NCBI GenBank assembly: GCA_964485645.1
Contig: CAZAMA010000004.1
Coordinates: forward strand, 1-51,584
Length of the DNA stretch: 51,584 bases
Reading direction: 5' to 3'
Source of the DNA: an uncultured Acidimicrobiaceae bacterium
Lineage (GTDB): Bacteria > Actinomycetota > Acidimicrobiia > Acidimicrobiales > Bog-793
Part shown: positions 9,269 through 17,678 of the stretch, piece by piece
How positions within the stretch are numbered: position 1 is the stretch's first letter
Layout: each line of letters starts with the position of its first letter
Notes under the pieces: model-generated
Told to the model about the DNA's origin: nothing
The model's database searches: none
Seen by the model: only the letters and a program-made list of their open reading frames with translations
Position numbers and translations under genes: made by a program

Positions 9269-10066
9269 GTGATTGGTGCACGACGGCGACAGGACATTCA
9301 GCGCTTGGTCGAGCACTCCGGCTACGCCGAAGCGCGCCAGCTGGCAAGCCGGCTCGGCGTGGACGTGTCGACGATCCGCCGCGACCTCGAGGCGCTCGCC
9401 CGCCAGGGCCTCGTACAGCGCACACACGGGGGCGCCCTTCCCGTCCCCGGCAGCGAGGCGATCGACCTGCCCTATGCGCTTCGGCGCAATGTGCGCCTCG
9501 CTGAGAAGCGGGCGATCGCTGCATACGCCGCCTCACTCGTCGCGGACGGCGACTCGCTCGTGCTCGACAGCGGTTCGACGACCTATGCTCTCGCCGAGGC
9601 GATCGCCCAGCGCCGCGGGCTCACCGTGGCGACGAACGACCTGCGCATCGCCCACCACCTGGCCGTAGTCGGTGGCATCCGCCTCCTCGTCACTGGCGGC
9701 CAGCTGCTCGACACGGTGTTCACCCTCGTCGGCCCCGGTGCCCTCTTAAGCCTCGGTGCGCTGCAGGTCGACTGGGCATTCCTCGGAGCTGATGCCGTCG
9801 ACCCCGACGCAGGGGTGACGAATCGCAACACCGTCGAGGTCTCGCTCAAACTGGCGATGCTCGACGCGGCAGCACGAAGGGTGCTTCTCGCCGACAGCGA
9901 GAAGTTCGGACGCCGGGCCCTTGCCACCGTGGTCCCGGTCTCTGCCTTCGACCACGTGGTGACCGACGACGAGTTGCCCGCGGCCGCGCGCCCGGGCTAC
10001 GAGCCTCGCCTCGTGTGCGTGCCCGTGCCCGCTCGTCCGGTTGCCGGCGGGGCCGCACGATGCTAG
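9269..10066 (+). CDS. DeoR-family transcriptional regulator
   Basis: N-terminal HTH ..LASRLGVDVSTIRRDLEALARQGLVQRTHGGA followed by a DeoR C-terminal sugar-phosphate sensor domain. The GTG at 9269 follows GGAGCGGAGG. The track ORF starts at 9209. Confidence 0.87.
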   Translation: MIGARRRQDIQRLVEHSGYAEARQLASRLGVDVSTIRRDLEALARQGLVQRTHGGALPVPGSEAIDLPYALRRNVRLAEKRAIAAYAASLVADGDSLVLDSGSTTYALAEAIAQRRGLTVATNDLRIAHHLAVVGGIRLLVTGGQLLDTVFTLVGPGALLSLGALQVDWAFLGADAVDPDAGVTNRNTVEVSLKLAMLDAAARRVLLADSEKFGRRALATVVPVSAFDHVVTDDELPAAARPGYEPRLVCVPVPARPVAGGAARC

Positions 10067-10076
10067 ACAGTGCCGC

Positions 10077-10964
10077 ATGGTTTTGAGCGATAACGTGCAG
10101 GTCGAGCGGAACGGGAGCGAGCCGCTCGCAGGCGATTCGCGCGGGAACGAACGGCTTTCCCGGCGGCGTTTCGCCGAGATCTTCCCGGGGGTAGACAAGC
10201 CGCTGATCGCCATGGCCCATGTGCTTGCCTTGCCCGGGACTCCGTCTTATGACGAGCGCGGCGGGCTGAAGGCAATCGTGCGCCACGTGCGCGAGGAGGT
10301 ACAGGTACTGGTCGAGGCTGGCTTCGACGCCGTGCTGTTCTGCAACGAGAACGACAGGCCCTACACCTTGCGCACCGACCTCGCCGCCGCGGCGACGATG
10401 ACCCGGGTGGTGGCCGAGTGCGTGCCAGAGGACGTCCCCTTCGGCGTCGACTACCTCTGGGACGCCGAGTGCGCGCTCGCAGTGGCCGTGGCCACAGAGG
10501 CGCGCTTCATGCGCGAGGTGGCCACCGGCTACTTCGAGTCCGACATGGGTCCCTGGGCGCCGGACGCCGCAGCGTTGCTCCGCCGCCGCCGCAGCCTTGA
10601 CGCCGAGGACCTCGCCATCTTCATGAACGTCACGCCGGAGTTCGCCTCCCAGCCCGGCCGGCGCACACCGATCGAGTACGCCCGCTCGGTCGTTGTCTCG
10701 AGCCTCCCCGACGCCGTGCTCGTCTCCGGCCCGATGGCCGGCGCTGAGCCGAGCGTTTCCACCCTCGCCGATGTGCGCGCTGCGGTGCCCCGGGACGTCC
10801 CGGTGCTGCTCAACACCGGCGCCAAGGCCGACAACGTAGCCGCCTTTCTCGAGTACGCGGACGGCTGCATCGTCGGCAGCTCCCTCAAGGTCGACGGCTC
10901 CACCTGGAACCGAGTCGACCCCGAGCGCGCCAAGGTCTTTGTGCGGGCCGCTCGCGCCCGCTGA
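10077..10964 (+). CDS. BtpA/SgcQ-family TIM-barrel protein
   Basis: KPLIAMAHVLALPGTPSYD...GFDAVLFCNENDRPY resembles the BtpA/SgcQ family N-terminal consensus as I recall it. The start is uncertain (10041 or 10077). Confidence 0.75.
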   Translation: MVLSDNVQVERNGSEPLAGDSRGNERLSRRRFAEIFPGVDKPLIAMAHVLALPGTPSYDERGGLKAIVRHVREEVQVLVEAGFDAVLFCNENDRPYTLRTDLAAAATMTRVVAECVPEDVPFGVDYLWDAECALAVAVATEARFMREVATGYFESDMGPWAPDAAALLRRRRSLDAEDLAIFMNVTPEFASQPGRRTPIEYARSVVVSSLPDAVLVSGPMAGAEPSVSTLADVRAAVPRDVPVLLNTGAKADNVAAFLEYADGCIVGSSLKVDGSTWNRVDPERAKVFVRAARAR

Positions 10965-10972
10965 GGCCGTCG

Positions 10973-12463
10973 GTGGCCGAGCTGCTCGCAGGCATCGATC
11001 TCGGCACGACGGCGACCAAGGTCACACTGCTCGACCCCGAACGGGGCGTGCTGGCCACCTGCTCGCGCACCGTGCCGCTGCAAAGCACAGCGCCCGGCTT
11101 CGCCGAGGCCGATACAGGTCTTTGGTGGGAGAACGTCTGCAGCCTGCTGCCCGAGGTCGCAGCGGCTGCCGGTGTGCCGATCTCTGCGGTGGGCGGCGTG
11201 GCGGCGAGCGGCATGGTGCCTGCCGTGGTACTGATTGACGCTGAGGGTCGAACGCTACGCGCGGCCATCTTGCAGAACGACGCTCGGGCGGTCATGGAGA
11301 TCGCCGGGCAGTCTGCCGCCCTCGAGCAGGCCGGTTACGACATGGTGGCGCGTACCGGCTCTGCGCTCACCCAACAGTCTGTGGCACCAACCTGGGCGTG
11401 GCTCGCCCGGCACGAGCCGGAGGTGACCGCGGCGGCTACCGCGATAGTCGGGTCCTACGACTGGCTGGCCATCGCGCTCGGCGCCGATCTGCACGTGGAG
11501 TCGAACTGGGCGATAGAGAGCGGCCTGTACGAGCTGTCAGGCGAGCCGGCCGAGCCACCACGCGCGGTCGGCGGCATCCCGGACGACCGTTGTCCTCCGA
11601 CCCGTCGACCCGGCGCGCTCGCCGGCAAGGTAAGTGCCGTAGCCGCCGAGGCAACGACGCTCGCGGCCGGAACGCCGATCTATGTCGGTGGGGCCGACCA
11701 CGTGCTCGCTGCCTACGCCGCCGGCCTCTCCCGGCCCGGCGACTGGCTCGTCAAGCTCGGCGGTGGTGGCGACATCCTGGTCGTAACGAAAGAGGCAGTG
11801 GTCGACCGGCGCTGGTACCTTGACGCCCACCCGGCACCGGGCCTGTGGCTTCCGAACGGGTGCATGGCCACCTCGGGCAGCCTGCTGCGCTGGTTGCAGA
11901 ACCTGGTCGGCGGCGTGCCACTCGCCCAGCTCGACGACGAGGCAGCCACTGTGCCGCCAGCATCGCTTATATGCCTGCCCTACTTCCTCGGCGAGAAGTC
12001 ACCGCTTCACGACCCCGACCTGCGCGGCGCCTTCCTCGGTCTCGAGCTGCACCACGGGCGCGGGGAGCTGTTCCGGGCCTGCATGGAGGCGGTCGCCTAC
12101 GGCTTTCGCAACCATGTCGAGATTTTCGAGGCAGCCGGGATCTCCCTCGGGGATGCACGGGTGAGCAACGGCGGGAGCGGCTCCAAGCTCTGGAAGCAGA
12201 TCCTCGCCGACGTGCTCGGCCGCCAGCTCACCTCGCTCGCCACGCAAGGAGGCGCCTCGCTCGGCGCTGCCCTCGTGGCCGCCGTCGGCTCGGGGACCCT
12301 CAGCAGCTGGGAGGCCGCCAGCGCCTACGTCGAACGCGGCGAGCTAGTCGTCCCCGACGCCGGACGCGCACCCGTCTACGAGGAGGTGTACGGGATGTAT
12401 CTCGAGCTGCAGCGCACCCTGACTCCCATCTCACACCGCCTCGCTGCCAGGGGACGGCCCTGA
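10973..12463 (+). CDS. FGGY-family carbohydrate kinase (xylulokinase-like)
   Basis: N-terminal GIDLGTTATKVTL, central FGGY blocks, and C-terminal NGGSGSKLWKQILADVLG. Confidence 0.9.
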   Translation: MAELLAGIDLGTTATKVTLLDPERGVLATCSRTVPLQSTAPGFAEADTGLWWENVCSLLPEVAAAAGVPISAVGGVAASGMVPAVVLIDAEGRTLRAAILQNDARAVMEIAGQSAALEQAGYDMVARTGSALTQQSVAPTWAWLARHEPEVTAAATAIVGSYDWLAIALGADLHVESNWAIESGLYELSGEPAEPPRAVGGIPDDRCPPTRRPGALAGKVSAVAAEATTLAAGTPIYVGGADHVLAAYAAGLSRPGDWLVKLGGGGDILVVTKEAVVDRRWYLDAHPAPGLWLPNGCMATSGSLLRWLQNLVGGVPLAQLDDEAATVPPASLICLPYFLGEKSPLHDPDLRGAFLGLELHHGRGELFRACMEAVAYGFRNHVEIFEAAGISLGDARVSNGGSGSKLWKQILADVLGRQLTSLATQGGASLGAALVAAVGSGTLSSWEAASAYVERGELVVPDAGRAPVYEEVYGMYLELQRTLTPISHRLAARGRP

Positions 12464-12513
12464 CTGTCGGAGCGGCCGCCGGCGTCGGGGCCACGGCAAG
12501 CGCGGGCACGGCG

Positions 12514-13260
12514 GTGGTCACCGGCGCCGGGTCGGGGATCGGTGCGGCGATTGCTCGCGAGCTCGCCGGGCGTGGCTATTTCGTCGTGCCGACCGACCTA
12601 GACGCCGAAGCGGCCGCGCGTAGCGCCTTAGCCTGCGGAGGGCCGGCCTCCTACCGGCTCGACGTGACCGACGGCGTCGAGGTCGACGAGGTCGTCGACC
12701 GGATCGTCGAGGCCCACGGCGCGCCGTCAGTCTGGGTCTCCAATGCTGGAGTTTCGAAGATGCAGCGCTTCCTCGACATCTCCCCCGAGGACTTCGACGT
12801 TACCGTTAGGGTAAATTTGCGCGGACTGTTCCTCACCAGCCAGGCGGCCGCTCGGACGATGGTGCGCGCCGGGCGTGGCGGCTGCATCGTCAACGTCGCC
12901 TCGATGGCCGGCAAGCAAGGGCGCGTCCCGTACCTCGCCGACTACGTCGCCTCGAAGTTCGGCGTCGTCGGCCTCACCCAGGCGATGGCCTTCGAGCTCG
13001 CTGAGCACCGTATCCGGGTGAACAGCGTCTGTCCCGGCTACGTCGTGACCTCGATGCAGGAGCGGGAGCTCGCCTGGGAGGCGCAGCTGCGCCAGACGAC
13101 CGTCGAGGCGATACGAGAGCTGTACCTTGCTGACACGCCGCTACGGCGGCTCGCGCAGCCCGCCGACGTTGCCCGGGTCGTCGCGTTCCTCGCCGGCGAC
13201 GATGCCGCGTTCCTAACCGGTGAGGCCATCGCCGTGAACGGCGGCGCCTTCATGGACTGA
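12514..13260 (+). CDS. SDR-family oxidoreductase
   Basis: VVTGAGSGIGAAIA, NAG, YVASK and PGYV motifs. The start is uncertain: the only canonical in-frame start is GTG 12514, and a CTG at 12460 would overlap the kinase stop (CTGA). The upstream part of track ORF 11845-13260 is read-through of the kinase in another frame. Confidence 0.82.
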   Translation: MVTGAGSGIGAAIARELAGRGYFVVPTDLDAEAAARSALACGGPASYRLDVTDGVEVDEVVDRIVEAHGAPSVWVSNAGVSKMQRFLDISPEDFDVTVRVNLRGLFLTSQAAARTMVRAGRGGCIVNVASMAGKQGRVPYLADYVASKFGVVGLTQAMAFELAEHRIRVNSVCPGYVVTSMQERELAWEAQLRQTTVEAIRELYLADTPLRRLAQPADVARVVAFLAGDDAAFLTGEAIAVNGGAFMD

Positions 13261-13614
13261 CCCGGACATCCCGCCAGCTGCGTAATCCGCTCACGCGGCC
13301 CCGGACTCGTCGTGAGCGACCTGCCGATGACCGACCTCGCACTTCCACTGTCAGGCTCAGCGGCTCCCCCGCTCATCGGCGGAGAGGCCGGGAGGCGATC
13401 TCGTCACCGATCTCGGTTGCTGACACCCGACGAGCGCACCCGCCGCAGGCCACCGGCCGTCCGACGGTCGCCAAATCCTCGTATCGAGCCAGAGGGGGCG
13501 GGAGAAACCGTCTGGCCACCGGGGCGAGCGTGTCGGGAGGTGCCCCCCGATGGTCCACATCGGCGAGTAGCAAGCGTATCCTTCTTACACCTCGACGTCG
13601 CCGCACAGCGGCTG

Positions 13615-14196
13615 CTATCGGGCCACGAGTGAAAGATCGTGGAAACTGACCTGGAAGCCCTTGCCCTCGGGGGCGGCGCACATGGCTCCGGCCATTGCCT
13701 TCGCCTCCTGGGGCAGGTGCACGAGAGCCGCCAGCTCTTGGGCGCCCCCGTCGATCCCGTAGCGGACCTCGAGCGCATCGCCGCGCCGGGTGAGCAGCAG
13801 GGCGAGCCCTCTCATCGACACCGGAAGATCAGCCACCACCCAGCTCGAGTACTCGAACGTGACAACGGTGCTGAGGCGCATCCGGCCTTCGAAGTACTCG
13901 ACCCCGGCCTTGATCCAGTTGCACTCATCGATCCGCACCATCGCTCCCGCCTGGTCGTACTGCGCTGAATACGAGCCGAGCACCCGCATCGAGAGGTCGA
14001 ATTCCTCGGCCATCACATCCCCATAGAGGTGGCCGCTGTCGCGGACGAAGCCGTAGCCGGTGGTTCGCCAGAAGTCGGTGCCGGCGTCCGCTTTGACACG
14101 CAGCACGTCGCCGTCCTCGGACCAGCTCGCCGGTTCGTTCAGCCAGTGCACGGCATCCTCCTCGTCGGTTGCTGCTTTGGCGACACATCTCCACAA
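13615..14196 (-). CDS. DUF1349-like (concanavalin-A-like lectin/glucanase fold) protein
   Basis: WLNEPASW...DFWRTTGYGF..DSGHLYG...QYDQAGAMV..DECNWIKAGVEYF resembles the DUF1349 family as I recall it. Confidence 0.7.
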   Translation of the reverse strand: MWRCVAKAATDEEDAVHWLNEPASWSEDGDVLRVKADAGTDFWRTTGYGFVRDSGHLYGDVMAEEFDLSMRVLGSYSAQYDQAGAMVRIDECNWIKAGVEYFEGRMRLSTVVTFEYSSWVVADLPVSMRGLALLLTRRGDALEVRYGIDGGAQELAALVHLPQEAKAMAGAMCAAPEGKGFQVSFHDLSLVAR

Positions 14197-14229
14197 GCAG
14201 CTGAAGGCTACCCGGACCCGATGCTGAGA

Positions 14230-14790
14230 CTCGGTCCTGGCGGCCTATCGCGTCGGGACGGCTCTTCTCAGCCTCACCGCCTCGGCCATGAGGGCGGGGT
14301 TCACAGCGCCAGTCCGCGAGCTTTACCCCGATATCGGGCGAACGCGCCGTACCGAGCACGACTATGCCACTCCCCGGAACCGGCGCATTCGCCCGTGGCA
14401 GCCCCGGAGGGGGTCCTTCGCTCTGATGCGCGGTCGTGAGGACTGGGATTCCCAGTGTGCCCGTCCCATCACCGGGTGAGAGCGGCGCCAGTGCCCAGGT
14501 CGCCGCGCAAGTACTCGACGAAGGCCCGGAGGCTGGACAACTGGACACCGAGGGAACGGCGGTACCCGCCAGAGGTAGCGAGCCTCTGGAACTCCCCCCA
14601 GGTCACGTCAGGACCTCGTGGCGGCGGGCCTCAGTACCGACAAATACGTTCGGCCCCGCACCATTGCGCTCTCGAGCCACCAATGCACAGGGTGGACGAT
14701 GGGATCCCGAGGACGGTGCGCGGCCAGGGCTCGTCGTACAACGGGTGGTCCAGGATCGTCGGCTCCACGAGCCCCATCATGCAGCAAGGC
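14230..14790 (-). pseudogene. Possible tyrosine-recombinase (integrase) remnant, multiply frameshifted and truncated
   Basis: Minus-strand fragments in different frames: TWGEFQRLATSGGYRRSLGVQLSSLRAFVEYL (N-terminal SAM-like integrase flavour) and GIVVLGTARSPDIGVKLADW (like the TG-R box around the first catalytic Arg). No intact ORF. Confidence 0.25.
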
Positions 14791-14802
14791 TGCGACGCCC
14801 TG

Positions 14803-14940
14803 TCAAGAGCGACGACCTTGGCTCACGCAATCCGTCACCAACGCGTCGACGGAGAGACCGAGCCGACTCGCCTCCGTCACGAGCGCCGCCAATACCGGGA
14901 CGGGCAACCGGAGGGTCACGGAGACCTCCGCCCATGGCAC
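14803..14940 (-). CDS. Small ribbon-helix-helix (CopG/Arc-like) protein
   Basis: 45 aa from a GTG start: VPWAEVSVTLRLPVPVLAALVTEASRLGLSVDALVTDCVSQ, giving a beta-strand then helix-turn-helix pattern. No strong SD. Confidence 0.35.
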   Translation of the reverse strand: MPWAEVSVTLRLPVPVLAALVTEASRLGLSVDALVTDCVSQGRRS

Positions 14941-15074
14941 ATCTATGGCACATCCGCTCGAATCCGGGGTCGTGCGCCACTCACCGCCAACCCTGTCTGA
15001 GCTGGGAGAATCGTCCGCCGACGTTCGCGGGAAGCCGCCGATATCGGCCCCTACGGACCTTCCAAGCTGGCCAT

Positions 15075-15102
15075 GCCGGTTCGATCCCGGTCGCCCGCTC
15101 CA
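15075..15102 (+). other. tRNA 3'-end fragment (T-arm, acceptor 3' strand, discriminator, CCA); putative att-site scar
   Basis: GCCGG-TTCGATC-CCGGT forms a canonical T stem-loop (GTTCGATCC), followed by CGCCCGC-T-CCA. The upstream 48 nt (15027-15074) do not form D or anticodon arms, and only 5 of 7 acceptor pairs are possible. Confidence 0.45.
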
Positions 15103-15197
15103 GGCAACAGCCCTCGCATCGCGAAAAGACCGGGATCGAGAGTCGCTAAGTAGTCGGGCGACGGCTCGCGGCCCGGTCACGCGGGTAGTCTGCCGGC

Positions 15198-16193
15198 GTG
15201 TTGCGTGGCTCCGGGCCCGTTCGTTTCACCGCCGCGCTTCTCGGCGCAGTCGTGCTCGCCGCCAGCCCATGGGCGGCTACGCCCAGAGGCGCGCCGGTGC
15301 CGTACCGGCCGGCACCGTCCGGTGGCCAGGTGACCGCGTCCGCGCGACCGCCGCAGGGTCGCGCCGGTGTGCCCGCCTTCTCCCACGTCTTTGTCGTCGT
15401 GATGGAGAACCTCGATTTCTCGCAGGCTCTCGCGACACCTGGCTTCGCGACGCTGGCCCGCCAGTACGGGCTCGCGACCAGGTACTATGGCGTCACACAC
15501 CCGAGCCTGCCGAACTACTTGGCTCTGACGGGCGGCAGCACGTTCGGCATCACGAGCGACTGCACCTCGTGTCTCGTCAACGCTGACAATCTCGCGACCC
15601 AGCTGGCCAGGGCCAGGATCTCCTTCACCGCCTACATGGAGGGCATCCCGACACCGTGCTACCTGGCCCCATACGGTGGCGTGGACTACGCAGGCAAACA
15701 CGACCCGTTTCGCTATTACCTCTCCATCCGCCGAAGCCGCGCACAGTGCTCACGGATCAGGCCGGAGTCGGAGCTCGCGGCCGCCCTGCGCGGGCCCGCA
15801 GCAGGGGTTTCGCGCTTCGTCTGGGTCACACCCGACCTCTGCCACGACGGGCACGACTGCGCATCGCCGACCGCGGCTTTCTGGCTCGACGGATTCGTGT
15901 CCCGCGTGGTGCGAAGTGCGGCCTGGAGCGACGACGGCGTGCTCTTTGTGACCTGGGACGAGTCAAATGCCGGCAATGGGGCGGTCACGACTGCAGGTAA
16001 GGTCGTCTCATCCGGCGGCGGCGGGCACGTGGCGACGCTCGTCATCTCGCCCCGCCCTCGGTCACGACGAAGTGTCGCGCTGGCCTACAACCACTACTCG
16101 CTCCTCGCGACGATCGAGGACGCGTTCGGCCTGCCACTTCTCGGCCATGCCCGCACGGCACGTCCCATGTCAGCCTTCTTCTCTTCGCCGTGA
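15198..16193 (+). CDS. Secreted phosphoesterase-family protein (AcpA / phospholipase C-like)
   Basis: Signal peptide, then HVFVVVMENLDF, HPSLPNYLALTGGSTFG and CHDGHDC blocks typical of the phosphoesterase family. Confidence 0.82.
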   Translation: MLRGSGPVRFTAALLGAVVLAASPWAATPRGAPVPYRPAPSGGQVTASARPPQGRAGVPAFSHVFVVVMENLDFSQALATPGFATLARQYGLATRYYGVTHPSLPNYLALTGGSTFGITSDCTSCLVNADNLATQLARARISFTAYMEGIPTPCYLAPYGGVDYAGKHDPFRYYLSIRRSRAQCSRIRPESELAAALRGPAAGVSRFVWVTPDLCHDGHDCASPTAAFWLDGFVSRVVRSAAWSDDGVLFVTWDESNAGNGAVTTAGKVVSSGGGGHVATLVISPRPRSRRSVALAYNHYSLLATIEDAFGLPLLGHARTARPMSAFFSSP

Positions 16194-16240
16194 CCGCTGT
16201 GGTCTACAGCAGCGGGTCCAGCGCCGGGCTGACAGAGGCC

Positions 16241-16334
16241 GCGGCGGCCCGGCTCGGAGCCACTTAGGCAATGACGACAGCACCGCCGCGGCGGCCCGGC
16301 TCGGAGCCACTTCGCCAATGACGACAGCACCGCC
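16241..16334. repeat. 47-bp tandem direct repeat, 2 copies
   Basis: 16241-16287 and 16288-16334 are identical except ttaggc vs ttcgcc (2 mismatches). Confidence 0.95.
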
Positions 16335-16366
16335 GTCCATGTCGTGGCCAGGGAGCGTCGAGGTGG

Positions 16367-16531
16367 TCAAAAACCGTCTGGTGGCGGGCCGAGGACGTTT
16401 CTCATCCCTACCGCCGAACCCCCCGGATGCAGGTGCTGTCGAAGCTTTCGAATCTCCGCTGTGCGATCGTGTGCCGCCACCACCAAGAGCAACGCGCAAA
16501 GAAAGACGAGCGTCAGGATGGTCGGGATCAT
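16367..16531 (-). CDS. Possible small leaderless membrane peptide (54 aa)
   Basis: MIPTILTLVFLCALLLVVAAHDRTAEIRKL.. has one TM helix. On the minus strand the ATG is preceded by TACATT-N6, which fits a leaderless -10 geometry, in a local AT-rich patch. Confidence 0.3.
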   Translation of the reverse strand: MIPTILTLVFLCALLLVVAAHDRTAEIRKLRQHLHPGGSAVGMRNVLGPPPDGF

Positions 16532-16665
16532 GCATTTAATGTATACCACATACCAGACGATTGCAACCCCCCTCGGCTGCCGGCGGGCTGGAACGCGGCG
16601 CGCAGCGATCGCTTCGAGCGCGAGCACCCCTCACTTGTGCCGATTAGGCCTACTGGGCCGGCTGA

Positions 16666-16740
16666 GCCGAGCGCGCGGATTGGGCCGAGCGCGCGGATTG
16701 GGCTGATCGCGCGGATTGGGCCGGTTGGGCCGAGCGCGCC
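16666..16740. repeat. 18-bp tandem repeat (GCCGAGCGCGCGGATTGG), about 3.5 copies
   Basis: Units at 16666-16683, 16684-16701 (identical) and 16702-16719 (2 mismatches), followed by a partial unit up to 16740. Confidence 0.9.
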
Positions 16741-16823
16741 AAGCGACCCAGCAGCAGCCGTGCCCGCAGGTGACCCTTGGAGTCGCCCGGGTTCGACGTG
16801 CCGCGTGCCGGCCCCGGAGCCGC

Positions 16824-17546
16824 TCAGTCGAGGTAGCTGATGTGCTTCGCGACGTGGTCCGCTAGGTGCACCGCGTGCTCGCGCACGTGTCGCTCGACGA
16901 GGCAGGCGTCGCGAGCCTCCAATGCCTCGATGATGTGGACGTGCTCGACTACTGACTGCGCGACCCGGTCGTCGTGTCCCATCGTTCCGCCCCGGACGGC
17001 TCTCATGTGCACGGCGAGGCTAGAGACCAGACCGGAGAGCAGCTCCGACTGAGCCATGTCGACGATGCGCTGGTGGAATCGGAGGTTCGCCTCGGAGTAC
17101 TCGTCCAAGGGCACTCCTTCACCGCCGCCGGCAAACTGCGGGAACTCCTCCCGAAGCGCACGAATCTCGTCGTCCGAGGCCCGCTCGGCCGCCAGGTGAG
17201 CTGCCGTCGACTCGAGCGCCCCACAGGCGAGGATCACCTCTATGATCTCAGCCTTCGTCTTGCGGACCACGTAGACGCCGCGACGCGGCACGGTACGGAC
17301 GAGGCCCTCGTGCTCGAGGCGCAGGAGCGCCTCGCGTACCGGTGTACGACTGATCCCGAGGTCGTGTGCGAGCTTTCTCTCGTCGAGTCGGAGCTCGTCA
17401 TCCCTGTCGTAAATCCACATCTGGGTGACCGCGCGACGCAGCGCCTCGTAGGCCTGGGTCGTGAGCGTGACCTCCCCGTCGAGCGCTCTCAGGTCTATCC
17501 CTGACCGCGTCGCGCGAGGTGCCGGTGGTCTGGTCTGCATCGCCAC
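16824..17546 (-). CDS. GntR-family transcriptional regulator (FadR/FCD subfamily)
   Basis: wHTH KLAHDLGISRTPVREALLRLEHEGLV followed by an all-helical FCD-like C-terminal domain. Confidence 0.9.
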   Translation of the reverse strand: MAMQTRPPAPRATRSGIDLRALDGEVTLTTQAYEALRRAVTQMWIYDRDDELRLDERKLAHDLGISRTPVREALLRLEHEGLVRTVPRRGVYVVRKTKAEIIEVILACGALESTAAHLAAERASDDEIRALREEFPQFAGGGEGVPLDEYSEANLRFHQRIVDMAQSELLSGLVSSLAVHMRAVRGGTMGHDDRVAQSVVEHVHIIEALEARDACLVERHVREHAVHLADHVAKHISYLD

Positions 17547-17678
17547 TTCCCCAGCCTACTGTTCCTGCGCACTCAGCGCAGTTGAGTCCCCCCCTGCGGC
17601 GGCCCGACGGCAGCCCCGCACGGGCGAGGTACCTGGCGGCGAGCGCGTCGGGGCTTGCGTTGCCCGAGACGACGCGTC

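Noticed and set aside
11845-12460. N-terminal 200 aa of track ORF 11845-13260
   Set aside because: Out-of-frame read-through of the FGGY kinase gene with an Arg/Pro-rich translation. Only the part from about 12460/12514 onward is the SDR.
13925-14548. 207-aa minus-strand ORF as an intact gene
   Set aside because: It overlaps the DUF1349 gene start and is mostly low-complexity. Only a short internal stretch resembles an integrase box, so I treat it as pseudogene debris.
15027-15102. Complete 76-nt tRNA gene
   Set aside because: The length and 3' half fit. However, positions 6-7 cannot pair in the acceptor stem, there is no D-loop GG or U8, and no anticodon stem can form. I therefore treat it as a 3' fragment only.
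16666-16740. CRISPR array
   Set aside because: The 18-bp units are directly adjacent with no spacers, and no cas genes are nearby. This is a simple tandem repeat.
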